62,465 bases of DNA from an uncultured Prevotella sp. (GCA_900543155.1 UQQN01000001.1:1-62465); one strand, 5' to 3'. Positions 8,751-18,363 are shown, counted from the stretch's first letter. A program made the numbers and translations. Notes: a model not told the origin generated them from the sequence alone.

Positions 8751-8756
8751 AAAAAA

Positions 8757-8904
8757 AAGTATTAAGTATTAAGTATTAAGTATTACAAACTATGTGAGAA
8801 GAAGTAAAGAACAAGTATTAAGTATTACAAGCTATTGGAGTCTGCCTTGCACAGTCTACATTATTCAATTGTTTGTAATACTTATTACTTAATACTTATT
8901 TCTT
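8757..8904. repeat. 7-bp AAGTATT microsatellite with inverted arm
   Basis: 4x aagtatt (8757-8784), 2x (8813-8826), complementary aatactt-type units at ~8877-8897. Confidence 0.85.
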
Positions 8905-9850
8905 ATTTCCACCTAATCTTCTTCACAATAAGTTTGCCACGCTTTACCACCTTTACATTGGCTAAAGCCTTGCGCAACTTATTATCTAAAATAATTAGAC
9001 TCACTGAGAATAATATGAGTGCAATGCCTAAACTGATGCGTACAGTCAAAACCTCGCCAAACAACATTATGCCCAAAACGGCTGCAGTAACTGGTTCGAG
9101 TGCCCCCATTATGGCGGTGGGTGTGGAACCTATACACTGTATTGCCATTGCCATAAAGACCAATGAAATGACTGTAGGCACCAAACCTAAGGTCAACGCC
9201 ATGCTCCATTGCATGGGGGTATGGAGCATTTGCAAGGCACCCGTCGGGGTTAGCAAGGCATAAAGCGTGAGACATACCAAACAGGCTGTCATGGCATAAA
9301 AGGTGAGTTTTACGCTCGACATAACGATGCCACTGCGATTGACAATGATAATATACAAGGCGTATGATAAAGCTGAAACCAATATCAACACTATACCCAT
9401 TGTGGCTATGGCACGTCCGCTGTCATCTTTATAAAGCAGGGCGATGCCACCTACCGTAAGCAAGATGGCTGTGATGCTTGGCCACTTGATGCGCTCGTGA
9501 AAAAATAGAGCCATAAGTAAGGCGGTGAATACGGGATAGGCAAACACTAAAGTGGCAGCTACACCTGCCGACATGTAGTGGAAACTCAAGAAATAGGTGA
9601 GCGATGAGACAGCAAACACCACGCCCAATGCACTAAGCACGGTGGCTTCTTTACGCGTAATGGCAAAACTTTTGCGCTGCACCATCATTAACAATGCCAA
9701 CATGATGCTACCAAACAAAAAACGGTAGAACAATACGCTGTTTGAATTATACCCATCTTGATAAAGATATTTGGCGCAAATGGGATTTACGCCATAACTC
9801 ACGGCTGCTATGCATCCGTAAATGTAGCCCTTAGCTTGTGTACTCAACAT
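8903..9850 (-). CDS. EamA/DMT family transporter
   Basis: 10 TM, two-repeat layout, YRFLFG and ALEPVTA motifs. Start at ATG 9850 downstream of a TAACTTTG box (9901-9908). Confidence 0.92.
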   Translation of the reverse strand: MLSTQAKGYIYGCIAAVSYGVNPICAKYLYQDGYNSNSVLFYRFLFGSIMLALLMMVQRKSFAITRKEATVLSALGVVFAVSSLTYFLSFHYMSAGVAATLVFAYPVFTALLMALFFHERIKWPSITAILLTVGGIALLYKDDSGRAIATMGIVLILVSALSYALYIIIVNRSGIVMSSVKLTFYAMTACLVCLTLYALLTPTGALQMLHTPMQWSMALTLGLVPTVISLVFMAMAIQCIGSTPTAIMGALEPVTAAVLGIMLFGEVLTVRISLGIALILFSVSLIILDNKLRKALANVKVVKRGKLIVKKIRWK

Positions 9851-10041
9851 TGTGTGTGTGTCGTAAGTAGGTGTTATTTTAGTATCTTTCTTTTCGACTG
9901 CAAAGTTAGCAAGCTTTTTACGAATGCCCAAAAAGAGTGCCTACACTTTGTCTGTTCCCCACCCTACCCTTAGCAAAACAAAATCAAAATGCTTTAGAAA
10001 AACCTTTATTGAAAAAAATCTTCAAAAAAACTTCTCAAAAA

Positions 10042-10072
10042 TTTGTCAGTTCAATAAAAAGTAGTACTTTTG
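10042..10072 (+). promoter_or_regulatory. tRNA-Pro promoter
   Basis: TTTG (10042-10045) - 19 nt - TACTTTTG (10065-10072). Confidence 0.75.
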
Positions 10073-10083
10073 CACTCGCAATT

Positions 10084-10158
10084 CGGGGTGTAGCTCAGCC
10101 CGGTTAGAGTACGCGTCTGGGGGGCGTGTGGTCGCTGGTTCGAATCCAGTCACCCCGA
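10084..10158 (+). tRNA. tRNA-Pro(GGG)
   Basis: Acceptor cggggtg/caccccg, anticodon loop ct-GGG-gg, T-loop ggttcgaatcc. No encoded CCA. Confidence 0.97.
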
Positions 10159-10167
10159 CTGAATTGT

Positions 10168-10203
10168 AAAGCAGTTATTCAGCAATGAATAACTGCTTTT
10201 TTT
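10168..10203 (+). terminator. Rho-independent terminator (possibly bidirectional)
   Basis: aaagcagttattc-agcaat-gaataactgcttt plus T-run. Confidence 0.85.
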
Positions 10204-10277
10204 GTTTGCACTCGCTTATGGGTAAAGAGGCATAATTCTATGTTTATCTATAAACATATTAGACGTCTCCCAATATA

Positions 10278-11615
10278 TTATGAATTCAACATTTCAAGCC
10301 CCTTTACATACTGCAACAACTTGTCTTGCAAATATGCAGAAATACCATATAAAGGCACATTAGTCATACGCTCTTCTACACGATAGTCACTCATTGAAAA
10401 ACGCAAGCCGTGCATGTTTTCATGTTTTTGCAATACCACCTTTAATGATTTTGCCTGCAAGTTCTCTTCGGCTTTAACTTCAACGGGGAAGACCTCATCA
10501 CCAATTTGAACAACAAAATCGAGTTCAAGTTGACTATTATCCTTACTAAAATAATAGATTGGCATATTACGCAACAAACTCATTTGACAACATACATAGT
10601 TTTCAGTGAAATCACCTTTTGCTGTATTTGCTGAATTAGGTAATAAGAGCATTGCAGGTGGAATTTGACTCATTGCTCCTAACAACCCTACATCTAACAA
10701 GAATAACTTGAACGCTGAAATATCTTCATGTATCTTTAAAGGAACCGATAGCATTTTAGAACGATTCACCTTATACACAAGACCAGCATCAATAAGCCAT
10801 TGTATGGCTAATTCATAATCCTTTGCTCGTGCTCCTTGCTTTACTAATCCATAAATAAACTTACGATTTTCTTTCGCTAATTGTGAAGGTATTGAATTCC
10901 ACACTTGATTAATACGTACAACTTGCTCTGTGGGTGCATGCTTCGAAATATCTCTATCATATGCTAAAAGAATTTCATTTTGAATTTCACGTACTGCTGG
11001 CGCACTATTTGTTTTAACAAATTCCTTTACAGCTTCAGGCATTCCACCAACAAAGTAATATTTGCGTAAAAATTCTGTATAAGCAGTCTTTAATCCACAC
11101 ACCACGTTCCACTGCATGGTATGCAGCAAATCTGCCATTTTCTCTTTTCCACACGCCCAAAGAAATTCCTCAAAACTCATTGGATACATAGTTAGAGTAT
11201 TCACCTTACCCACTGGATATGATTCACCCTGATGTAACGTAATGCCAAGCAAAGACCCCGCTACTGCTACATGATATTGAGACGCATCCTCACAAAAATA
11301 TTTTAGAGCTGAAAGCCCACGCTTCAACTCTTGAATTTCATCCAATATAATAAGAGTCTCACCAGCCTTTACATCCACCCCCGTTAGAGCGCTGATAGCA
11401 AGTACTATACGTTCTATATTATAATCTGGCGCAAACAAATCTTGCACCATTGCATTATTATCACAATTTATGTAAGCTACATTTTTAAATTCACGTTTTC
11501 CAAATTCCTTTAATATGTAGGTTTTACCAATTTGTCTTGCACCTAAAAGGATAAGTGGCTTTCTATCTGCACGATTTTTCCAAGCCACAAGATCCTTCAT
11601 TATTGACCGTTCCAT
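10278..11615 (-). CDS. AAA_14 ATPase with DUF4143 and C-terminal PD-(D/E)xK-like motif
   Basis: Walker A GARQIGKT, Walker B ILDEIQ, AGS, GGMPE, FKLFLLDVGLL, ELDFVV...PVEVK. Confidence 0.92.
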   Translation of the reverse strand: MERSIMKDLVAWKNRADRKPLILLGARQIGKTYILKEFGKREFKNVAYINCDNNAMVQDLFAPDYNIERIVLAISALTGVDVKAGETLIILDEIQELKRGLSALKYFCEDASQYHVAVAGSLLGITLHQGESYPVGKVNTLTMYPMSFEEFLWACGKEKMADLLHTMQWNVVCGLKTAYTEFLRKYYFVGGMPEAVKEFVKTNSAPAVREIQNEILLAYDRDISKHAPTEQVVRINQVWNSIPSQLAKENRKFIYGLVKQGARAKDYELAIQWLIDAGLVYKVNRSKMLSVPLKIHEDISAFKLFLLDVGLLGAMSQIPPAMLLLPNSANTAKGDFTENYVCCQMSLLRNMPIYYFSKDNSQLELDFVVQIGDEVFPVEVKAEENLQAKSLKVVLQKHENMHGLRFSMSDYRVEERMTNVPLYGISAYLQDKLLQYVKGLEMLNS

Positions 11616-11649
11616 ACGCTATATTTTAGGATTAAATTATTAACTGCTG

Positions 11650-11680
11650 CAAATATAGTGATAATCAAGAAACTAACAAA
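11650..11680 (-). promoter_or_regulatory. Promoter of the AAA-DUF4143 gene
   Basis: TTTG (11680-11677) - 19 nt - TATATTTG (11657-11650). Confidence 0.7.
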
Positions 11681-11686
11681 GTAAAT

Positions 11687-11774
11687 TACACTTTTATGAG
11701 GGACTTTTTACCATATCACTACACTTTTATGAGGGACTTTTTGCTGTGTCACTACACTTTTATGAGGGACTTTT
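11687..11774. repeat. Direct repeat array, 3 copies with 33-bp period
   Basis: Identical 22-mer tacacttttatgagggactttt at 11687, 11720 and 11753. Confidence 0.95.
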
Positions 11775-11827
11775 GAATACTTTTAATAAAATAGGCAACT
11801 ATTTCTCTACATACACCACAAAAGAAA

Positions 11828-11910
11828 AAAGCACACTCCGTATGTTTTAAAAACATGCGGAATGCGCTTTAATGTTATATGTTCAAATCAGACAGTTGTC
11901 TGAGATTTGA
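11828..11910 (-). terminator. Two hairpins terminating nifJ
   Basis: tcaaatcagac...gtctgagatttga and aaagcacactccgtatg...catgcggaatgcgcttt, with an A-run on the plus strand (U-tail on minus). Confidence 0.7.
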
Positions 11911-11921
11911 CATCTTGTGAT

Positions 11922-14900
11922 TTATTCCTGAGGAAGTGACCAATCCTCCTGAGTCTTACGAACGTAAGCGGCATAACGACGTTGAGCAGCACGCTTAGTT
12001 TCATCGTAAAGTTCCTGAGCCTGTTCGGGAAGTGCCTTCTTCAATGAGAGGAAGCGTACTTCGTGATCGAGGTAATCCTGGAACATATCCCAGTTGGGTT
12101 CCTTAGAGTCGAGTGTGAAGGGGTTCTTGCCTTGATCAGCGAGTTCAGGATTGAAACGCCACAAGTGCCAGTAACCACAAGCAACGGCACGAGCTTCCTC
12201 AGCCTGACTACGACCCATACCACCCTTAATCTTCAAACCGTGGTTGATACAAGGAGCATAAGCAATGATGAGTGAAGGACCGTGATAAGCCTCAGCTTCC
12301 TTAATAGCCTTGAGGCATTGTGCTTGATCAGCACCCATAGCTACCTGAGCTACGTAGATGTAGCCATAAGTAGCTTGCATCAAGCCAAGGTCTTTCTTAG
12401 TTACACGCTTACCTGCTGCAGCGAACTGTGCAATAGCACCTACAGGAGTTGCCTTTGAAGCCTGACCACCGGTGTTAGAGTAAACCTCAGTATCGAGTAC
12501 AAGGATGTTCACATCTTCGCCACTTGCGAGTACGTGGTCAAGACCACCGTAACCGATATCGTATGAAGCACCATCACCACCAATAATCCACTGGCTACGC
12601 TTAGTAAGGAAGTGAGTCAATTCTGCAAGTTGCTTGCATGACTCGCAACCCTTCTCAGCACCAGCCTTAATCATAGGCTCGAGCTTCTGAGCAGCAGCAC
12701 GGCTTGCTTCTGCGTCGTTCTGACCAGCAATCCATTCTTGTGCAGCTTCCTTGAATTCTGCGGGAGTTCCTTCGTGAGCAATAGCCTCTTCGAGCACCTT
12801 CTGGATGCGTGCACGCATCTTCTTGTTGGCAAGGATCATACCCATACCAAATTCACAGAAGTCCTCGAACAACGAGTTAGCCCAAGCAGGACCTTCACCC
12901 TTCTCGTTTGTTGTGTAAGGAGTTGAGGGGATAGAACCTGAGTAGATTGAAGAACAACCAGTAGCATTGGCGATCATCTGACGATCACCGAAGAGTTGGC
13001 TAACGAGTTTCACGTAAGGAGTTTCACCACAACCAGAGCAAGCACCTGAGAACTCAAAGAGAGGAGTAGCAAACTGCGAGTTCTTGGGGTTGAGTTTCAC
13101 GTCTACCAAGTTTTGCTTGCTTGTAACGTTCTTTGTGCAGTATTCCCAGTTTTCAGCCTCAGCTTCCTGACCTGCGAGGGGTACCATTTCGAGTGCCTTG
13201 TTACCCTTCAAACCAGGACATACGTCAACGCAGTTACCGCAACCAAGGCAGTCCATTACGTCAACCTGCTGTACGAAGTGCATACCCTTCATTGCTGCGG
13301 GTGCCTTCATCTCAATTGATTCGCCCTTGAAACCAGCGAGTTCTTCGTCGGTAAGAACGAACGGACGGATGGCAGCGTGAGGACATACAAAGTCACACTT
13401 GTTACACTGAATACAGTTTTCCTTGTGCCATACAGGAACGAAGGCTGCTACACCACGCTTTTCGTAAGCGGCTGTACCCTGATGCCAAGTACCATCTTCT
13501 GATACCTTGAAGGCACTAACGGGAAGGAGGTCGCCATTCTGTGCGTTGATAGGACGTACCATTTCTGAGATGAATGCGGGTTCATCACGAACAACCTTCT
13601 CATCTTCGGGGAGGTTAGCCCAAGCGGGATCAACAGCGAGTTGCTTGTATTCGCCACCACGGTCTACAGCCTGGTAGTTCTTATCTACAATATCCTGACC
13701 CTTCTTGCTGTATGACTTCACAATGAACTTCTTCATCTGTTCTACTGCCAAATCTACGGGGATTACGCCAGTAATACGGAAGAAGGCTGACTGCAAGATG
13801 GTGTTGGTGCGGTTGCCAAGACCAATTTCCTGAGCAATCTTAGTGGCGTTGATATAGTAAACTGTGATGTTGTGTTCAGCAAAGTAGCGCTTTACGTTGT
13901 TGGGCAAGTTATTTGCCAACTCGTCGCCTTCCCAAATTGTATTGAGGAGGAAAGTACCGTTATCGCGCAAACCACGGAGCACGTCGTACATGTGCAGATA
14001 AGCCTGAACGTGGCAAGCCACGAAGTTAGGAGTCTTAATCTGATAAGTAGAACGGATGGGGTGATCGCCAAAACGGAGGTGTGAGCAAGTGAAACCACCC
14101 GACTTCTTTGAGTCGTATGAGAAGTATGCCTGGCAATACTTATCGGTGTTGTCACCAATAATCTTAATAGAGTTCTTGTTAGCACCTACAGTACCATCGG
14201 CACCCAAACCATAGAACTTAGCCTCGAAGATGCCTTCGCCACCAAGTGCCATTTCCTTCTCCAAGGGGAGTGAATGGAAGGTTACATCATCAACGATACC
14301 TACAGTGAAGTGATCCTTAGGTTCGGGCAAAGCGAGGTTGTCGTAAACCGAGATGATCATAGTAGGAGTTGTGTCGCAAGAACCAAGACCATAACGACCA
14401 CCTACGATGAGAGGACGATTTTCTACGTCGTAGAATGCATCCTTCACGTCGAGATAGAGAGGTTCGCCGTTTGCACCGGGTTCCTTTGTACGGTCGAGTA
14501 CGGCAATCTTCTTACAAGTCTTAGGCACAGCAGCGAGCAAGTGCTTTACAGAGAAAGGACGATAGAGGTGTACGCTTACCATACCCACCTTTTCGCCCTT
14601 AGCGTTAAGGTAATCGATGGCTTCGCGAGCAGCCTCTGTAACAGAACCCATGCAAATGATTACGCGCTCTGCATCCTCAGCACCATAGTAGCTGAAGAGC
14701 TTGTATTCGCGACCTGTAATCTTGCTGATTTCAGCCATATACTTTTCAACGGCTGCGGGAACTGAATCATAATAGGGGTTGCAAACTTCGCGATGTGCAA
14801 AGAAAGTTTCGGGGTTTTCTGCCATACCACGAGCTACAGGATGCTCAGGAGTGAGGGAACGGTTACGGAACTCTGAAACCTTATCCATCGGAACGAGCGG

Positions 14901-15479
14901 ACGGATATCTTCTTGGTCCATTACCTCAATCTTCTGATATTCGTGTGAAGTACGGAAACCATCGAAGAAGTTGATAAAGGGAACGCGAGTTTCAAGCGCT
15001 GCGAGGTGAGCTACTGCCGAGAGGTCCATAACCTCCTGTACTGAACCTTCGCAAAGCATTGCGAAGCCAGTTTGGCGACAAGCCATTACGTCAGAGTGGT
15101 CACCAAAGATACAAAGTGAGTGAGAAGCCAAGGTACGTGCTGAAACATGGAACACGCAGGGAAGCAATTCACCCGCAATTTTGTACATATTAGGAATCAT
15201 CAGGAGCAAGCCCTGTGAAGCTGTAAAGGTAGTGGTGAGTGCACCTGCCTGCAAAGAACCGTGAACTGCACCTGCAGCACCACCTTCACTCTGCATTTCC
15301 TGTACCTTTACGGTATCACCAAAAAGGTTGATACGGCCCTGAGCAGACCATTCATCAACGTGCTCTGCCATCGGAGATGACGGAGTGATGGGGTAAATGG
15401 CAGCAACCTCTGAGAACATATACGCAATGTGCGCAGCAGCTTGGTTACCGTCACAAGTAATAAATTTCTTGTTTGCCAT
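11922..15479 (-). CDS. nifJ: Pyruvate:ferredoxin (flavodoxin) oxidoreductase
   Basis: YPITPSS, CIQCNKCDFVCPH and CLGCGNCVDVCP Fe-S motifs, GDGASYDIG ThDP motif. Confidence 0.98.
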   Translation of the reverse strand: MANKKFITCDGNQAAAHIAYMFSEVAAIYPITPSSPMAEHVDEWSAQGRINLFGDTVKVQEMQSEGGAAGAVHGSLQAGALTTTFTASQGLLLMIPNMYKIAGELLPCVFHVSARTLASHSLCIFGDHSDVMACRQTGFAMLCEGSVQEVMDLSAVAHLAALETRVPFINFFDGFRTSHEYQKIEVMDQEDIRPLVPMDKVSEFRNRSLTPEHPVARGMAENPETFFAHREVCNPYYDSVPAAVEKYMAEISKITGREYKLFSYYGAEDAERVIICMGSVTEAAREAIDYLNAKGEKVGMVSVHLYRPFSVKHLLAAVPKTCKKIAVLDRTKEPGANGEPLYLDVKDAFYDVENRPLIVGGRYGLGSCDTTPTMIISVYDNLALPEPKDHFTVGIVDDVTFHSLPLEKEMALGGEGIFEAKFYGLGADGTVGANKNSIKIIGDNTDKYCQAYFSYDSKKSGGFTCSHLRFGDHPIRSTYQIKTPNFVACHVQAYLHMYDVLRGLRDNGTFLLNTIWEGDELANNLPNNVKRYFAEHNITVYYINATKIAQEIGLGNRTNTILQSAFFRITGVIPVDLAVEQMKKFIVKSYSKKGQDIVDKNYQAVDRGGEYKQLAVDPAWANLPEDEKVVRDEPAFISEMVRPINAQNGDLLPVSAFKVSEDGTWHQGTAAYEKRGVAAFVPVWHKENCIQCNKCDFVCPHAAIRPFVLTDEELAGFKGESIEMKAPAAMKGMHFVQQVDVMDCLGCGNCVDVCPGLKGNKALEMVPLAGQEAEAENWEYCTKNVTSKQNLVDVKLNPKNSQFATPLFEFSGACSGCGETPYVKLVSQLFGDRQMIANATGCSSIYSGSIPSTPYTTNEKGEGPAWANSLFEDFCEFGMGMILANKKMRARIQKVLEEAIAHEGTPAEFKEAAQEWIAGQNDAEASRAAAQKLEPMIKAGAEKGCESCKQLAELTHFLTKRSQWIIGGDGASYDIGYGGLDHVLASGEDVNILVLDTEVYSNTGGQASKATPVGAIAQFAAAGKRVTKKDLGLMQATYGYIYVAQVAMGADQAQCLKAIKEAEAYHGPSLIIAYAPCINHGLKIKGGMGRSQAEEARAVACGYWHLWRFNPELADQGKNPFTLDSKEPNWDMFQDYLDHEVRFLSLKKALPEQAQELYDETKRAAQRRYAAYVRKTQEDWSLPQE

Positions 15480-15709
15480 GAGTTGCGAATTTGCTACACT
15501 ATCATGCTGTTATACAAATTATATGAATGCGTGAATGAGTCGCTACCCAAAAGCAGAACCCGTTCTTTGTCACACAGCCTTTATTTGCATAATAACACCT
15601 TTAGCATAGCTGTATTAAATAGATGTTGTTTGTTATGTTTCTTCAATCTGCACTTCTGCACTTTCGCACATCCGTGCACACCGATCTTTTTGTATTGGAT
15701 ATTTTTATT

Positions 15710-16891
15710 TTAATATAAGAATCCAAATAGCCAGAGGGGAATCTCATTGTCGCGACCAGCGTCTGTGTTATACTTCACATAGATTGTGTCGGCTGCAGTG
15801 CGTACACGACGTGCGCGGTCGCATACACAGATATTAGTTGTATTGTTAATGCGGAACATGCCCATGCGCTTGCCCTTGTTCACTGTGTGGTGACGCCACA
15901 AGCAGTTTACAAAGTAAGTCTCCATCACAGTTTGCTCCGTCATGCAATTTTCATAAAGCGCATACATCAAGTTGGCATCGTGCAGATAAATTGCAGCTGG
16001 TTTCTTGGGGAAGGTTTCACCTTCATGGTGTACCATATTTATAAGGCGTGTTTCCTCAAGATACTTCAGATAGTTCATTACCGTAGCACGCGAAGTTCCA
16101 ATTTCTTGCGCCAACTTGCTCACATTGGGGGCTGAAGGGTCGCCAATGGCAAGAAGGTAGAGCAACTTTTTAATACGCGACAAATATTTCAACTCTATTT
16201 GCTTGTTCAAGAGCAAGTCTACCTCTATCATGTTATTCATTGCCTTAAGCAATGCCTCGGTGAAGTTGTGATTCTCGAGGAAGAAGGGGTAGTAGCCATG
16301 CTGCAAATAGTCTTGAAAATAATGCCATGGATGCACTTTCGGCAAGATGGTTTTCAGAATCTGATCACTATCTGAAAGCAACTGGTCGAAGGTGTAAGCC
16401 TCAAAGTTTTGATTGGTTTCAAGATTGATATATTCACGGAAAGAGAAACCGTGGAGCACATACGTACGGCTAATAGAAGACAATTCTGAATCGTCCTCCT
16501 CTTCCGAATTTACCGATGTGGTGGTATAAACAATACGCAAGTAGGGATATTTGTGATAGCACTCGCATAATTGTTCGCGCCAACCTGGCAATTTAAAAGC
16601 CTGGTCAATGAGCAACACCTGTCCACCTTCCGCCATAAAGCGGCCGGCAAAGTCCACAATACCGTGAGCTTGAAAATAAAAACTATTGAGATTAATGTAT
16701 AGGCACTGACGAAGCCGTACGTCAAAGTTTTCTTTGGCATACTGCAACAGGAAGGATGTACGTCCAACGCCACGAGGACCTTTAATGCCTATCATACGAT
16801 AGCTCCAGTCGATGGTGTCCATCAACGAGCGCCTGACAGGAGCGTTAAAATGCTCCATCAAATAGGCGTGCGATTTGAAAAACGTCTCCAT
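15710..16891 (-). CDS. AAA_14-like ATPase family protein with wHTH and degenerate Walker motifs
   Basis: GPRGVGRTS, LLIDQ, SFREY, GYYPFF, HTH (VSKLAQEIGTSRATVMNYLKYL), IPLWLFGFLY end. ATG 16891 follows a TACCTTTG box (16927-16920). Confidence 0.85.
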   Translation of the reverse strand: METFFKSHAYLMEHFNAPVRRSLMDTIDWSYRMIGIKGPRGVGRTSFLLQYAKENFDVRLRQCLYINLNSFYFQAHGIVDFAGRFMAEGGQVLLIDQAFKLPGWREQLCECYHKYPYLRIVYTTTSVNSEEEDDSELSSISRTYVLHGFSFREYINLETNQNFEAYTFDQLLSDSDQILKTILPKVHPWHYFQDYLQHGYYPFFLENHNFTEALLKAMNNMIEVDLLLNKQIELKYLSRIKKLLYLLAIGDPSAPNVSKLAQEIGTSRATVMNYLKYLEETRLINMVHHEGETFPKKPAAIYLHDANLMYALYENCMTEQTVMETYFVNCLWRHHTVNKGKRMGMFRINNTTNICVCDRARRVRTAADTIYVKYNTDAGRDNEIPLWLFGFLY

Positions 16892-17123
16892 TTGTAACTT
16901 GGTTTCTGTAAATTCAAGGCAAAGGTACAAAGTTGTACCGAAACTTGCAAAGCTAAGATAGCATTTTTTTTATTCTTTTTTTTTACGCCCTTTTCTTCAT
17001 CTCTCTTTTTCACCTTGCAAGTGCCCTTATTTTCTATATAATGTGCAAACAATTTGTTATATTTCAAGATTTTTACGTACCTTCGCAACGTTTTTCTACG
17101 ATAACAAATTAAATTGTAACAAA

Positions 17124-18023
17124 ATGAAGAAAATACGTGCAGCCGTAGTGGGCTATGGTAACATTGGTCGCTACACTTTGCAGGCTCTTGAAGCCGCCCC
17201 CGATTTTGAAGTAGCTGGTATCGTTCGTCGCAAGGGTGCTGAAGATTGCCCCGACGAACTCAAAAAATACGAAGTTGTTAAGGACATCCGCGAACTTAAA
17301 GACGTTGATGTTGCCGTGCTCGCCACTCCTACTCGCAAGGTCGAAGCGTATGCTAAAGAGATTTTGGCTCTTGGCATCAACACAGTCGACAGTTTCGACA
17401 TTCACACACAGATTGTTGACCTTCGTCGCAGCCTCGACGCTACAGCCAAAGAGCACGGTGCTGTTAGCATCATTTCTGCGGGTTGGGACCCAGGTTCTGA
17501 CTCTGTAGTGCGCACCCTTCTTCAAGCCATTGCCCCCAAGGGCATCACCTACACCAACTTTGGTCCGGGTATGTCTATGGGTCACACCGTAGCGGTTAAG
17601 GCTATTGAGGGTGTAAAGAAGGCGCTTTCTATGACTATCCCCACAGGTCAGGGCATTCACCGTCGCATGGTTTACATCGAAATTGAAGAGGGTTATAACT
17701 TCGACGATGTGGCTGCTGCTATCAAGGCTGATCCTTATTTTGCATCTGATGAAACTCACGTTAACCTCGTTCCTTCTGTAGACGATGTAATTGACATGGG
17801 TCATGGTGTTCATCTCACTCGTAAGGGTGTGAGCGGTACTACACAAAATCAGCTCTTCGACTTCAATATGAAGATTAACAACCCTGCTCTGACAGGTCAA
17901 GTGCTTGTTTGCGTTGCGCGTGCTGCCATGCACCAACAACCTGGTTGTTACACCATGATCGAGGTTCCTGTAATCGACCTTCTTCCTGGCGACCGCGAAG
18001 ACAATATCCGCCATTTGGTATAA
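17124..18023 (+). CDS. ddh: meso-diaminopimelate D-dehydrogenase
   Basis: VVGYGNIG Rossmann motif, VDSFDIH, GWDPG, SMGH, HG. Confidence 0.95.
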   Translation: MKKIRAAVVGYGNIGRYTLQALEAAPDFEVAGIVRRKGAEDCPDELKKYEVVKDIRELKDVDVAVLATPTRKVEAYAKEILALGINTVDSFDIHTQIVDLRRSLDATAKEHGAVSIISAGWDPGSDSVVRTLLQAIAPKGITYTNFGPGMSMGHTVAVKAIEGVKKALSMTIPTGQGIHRRMVYIEIEEGYNFDDVAAAIKADPYFASDETHVNLVPSVDDVIDMGHGVHLTRKGVSGTTQNQLFDFNMKINNPALTGQVLVCVARAAMHQQPGCYTMIEVPVIDLLPGDREDNIRHLV

Positions 18024-18100
18024 TACAAAGAGGCTGTAGGTTATTGAGGCGTTGAGGCATTTAACCACAGCCTCATCCCCTCTACGTATCTCAAAAAATA

Positions 18101-18159
18101 AAAGGCTATGCCCAAGATGTGCTATCACCACAGATTGTGTATCTTGGGCATAGTTTTTT
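18101..18159 (+). terminator. Terminator after ddh
   Basis: ctatgcccaagat ... atcttgggcatag plus T-run. Confidence 0.8.
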
Positions 18160-18319
18160 CACTTATTGGTAGCCATGCTTTTCTTTTGTCCCTACCAATA
18201 ACGCTAAGACTATCTTTTTTTAACAACCATTCTAACAATTTCAACAAAACAAACATATTTACCGCACACAAATCTGTAAACAAAACATATACAAAATACC
18301 CTTCAAACCGAAGAACAGA

Positions 18320-18363
18320 ATTCCGATATCATTCCGATATCATACCGAACCCTTACCGATACC
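18320..18363 (+). repeat. 11-bp tandem repeat (ATTCCGATATC family), copy 1
   Basis: attccgatatc attccgatatc ataccgaaccc ttaccgatacc. Reverse-complement homolog at 44534-44563. Confidence 0.8.

Noticed and set aside
11687..11774. Mini-CRISPR or guide-RNA array interpretation of the 33-bp repeats
   Set aside because: The linkers are only 11 nt and are homologous to each other (differences are transitions only), and no cas gene is present.
10084..11900. Prophage or ICE integrated at tRNA-Pro
   Set aside because: No integrase and no duplicated tRNA 3' end seen; only one accessory gene.
15648..15684. tgcac-type repeats upstream of nifJ
   Set aside because: Irregular spacing and no recognisable operator dyad.
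17109..18131. 340-aa antisense ORF over ddh
   Set aside because: Codon-register shadow of a biased, highly expressed gene; no recognisable motifs.
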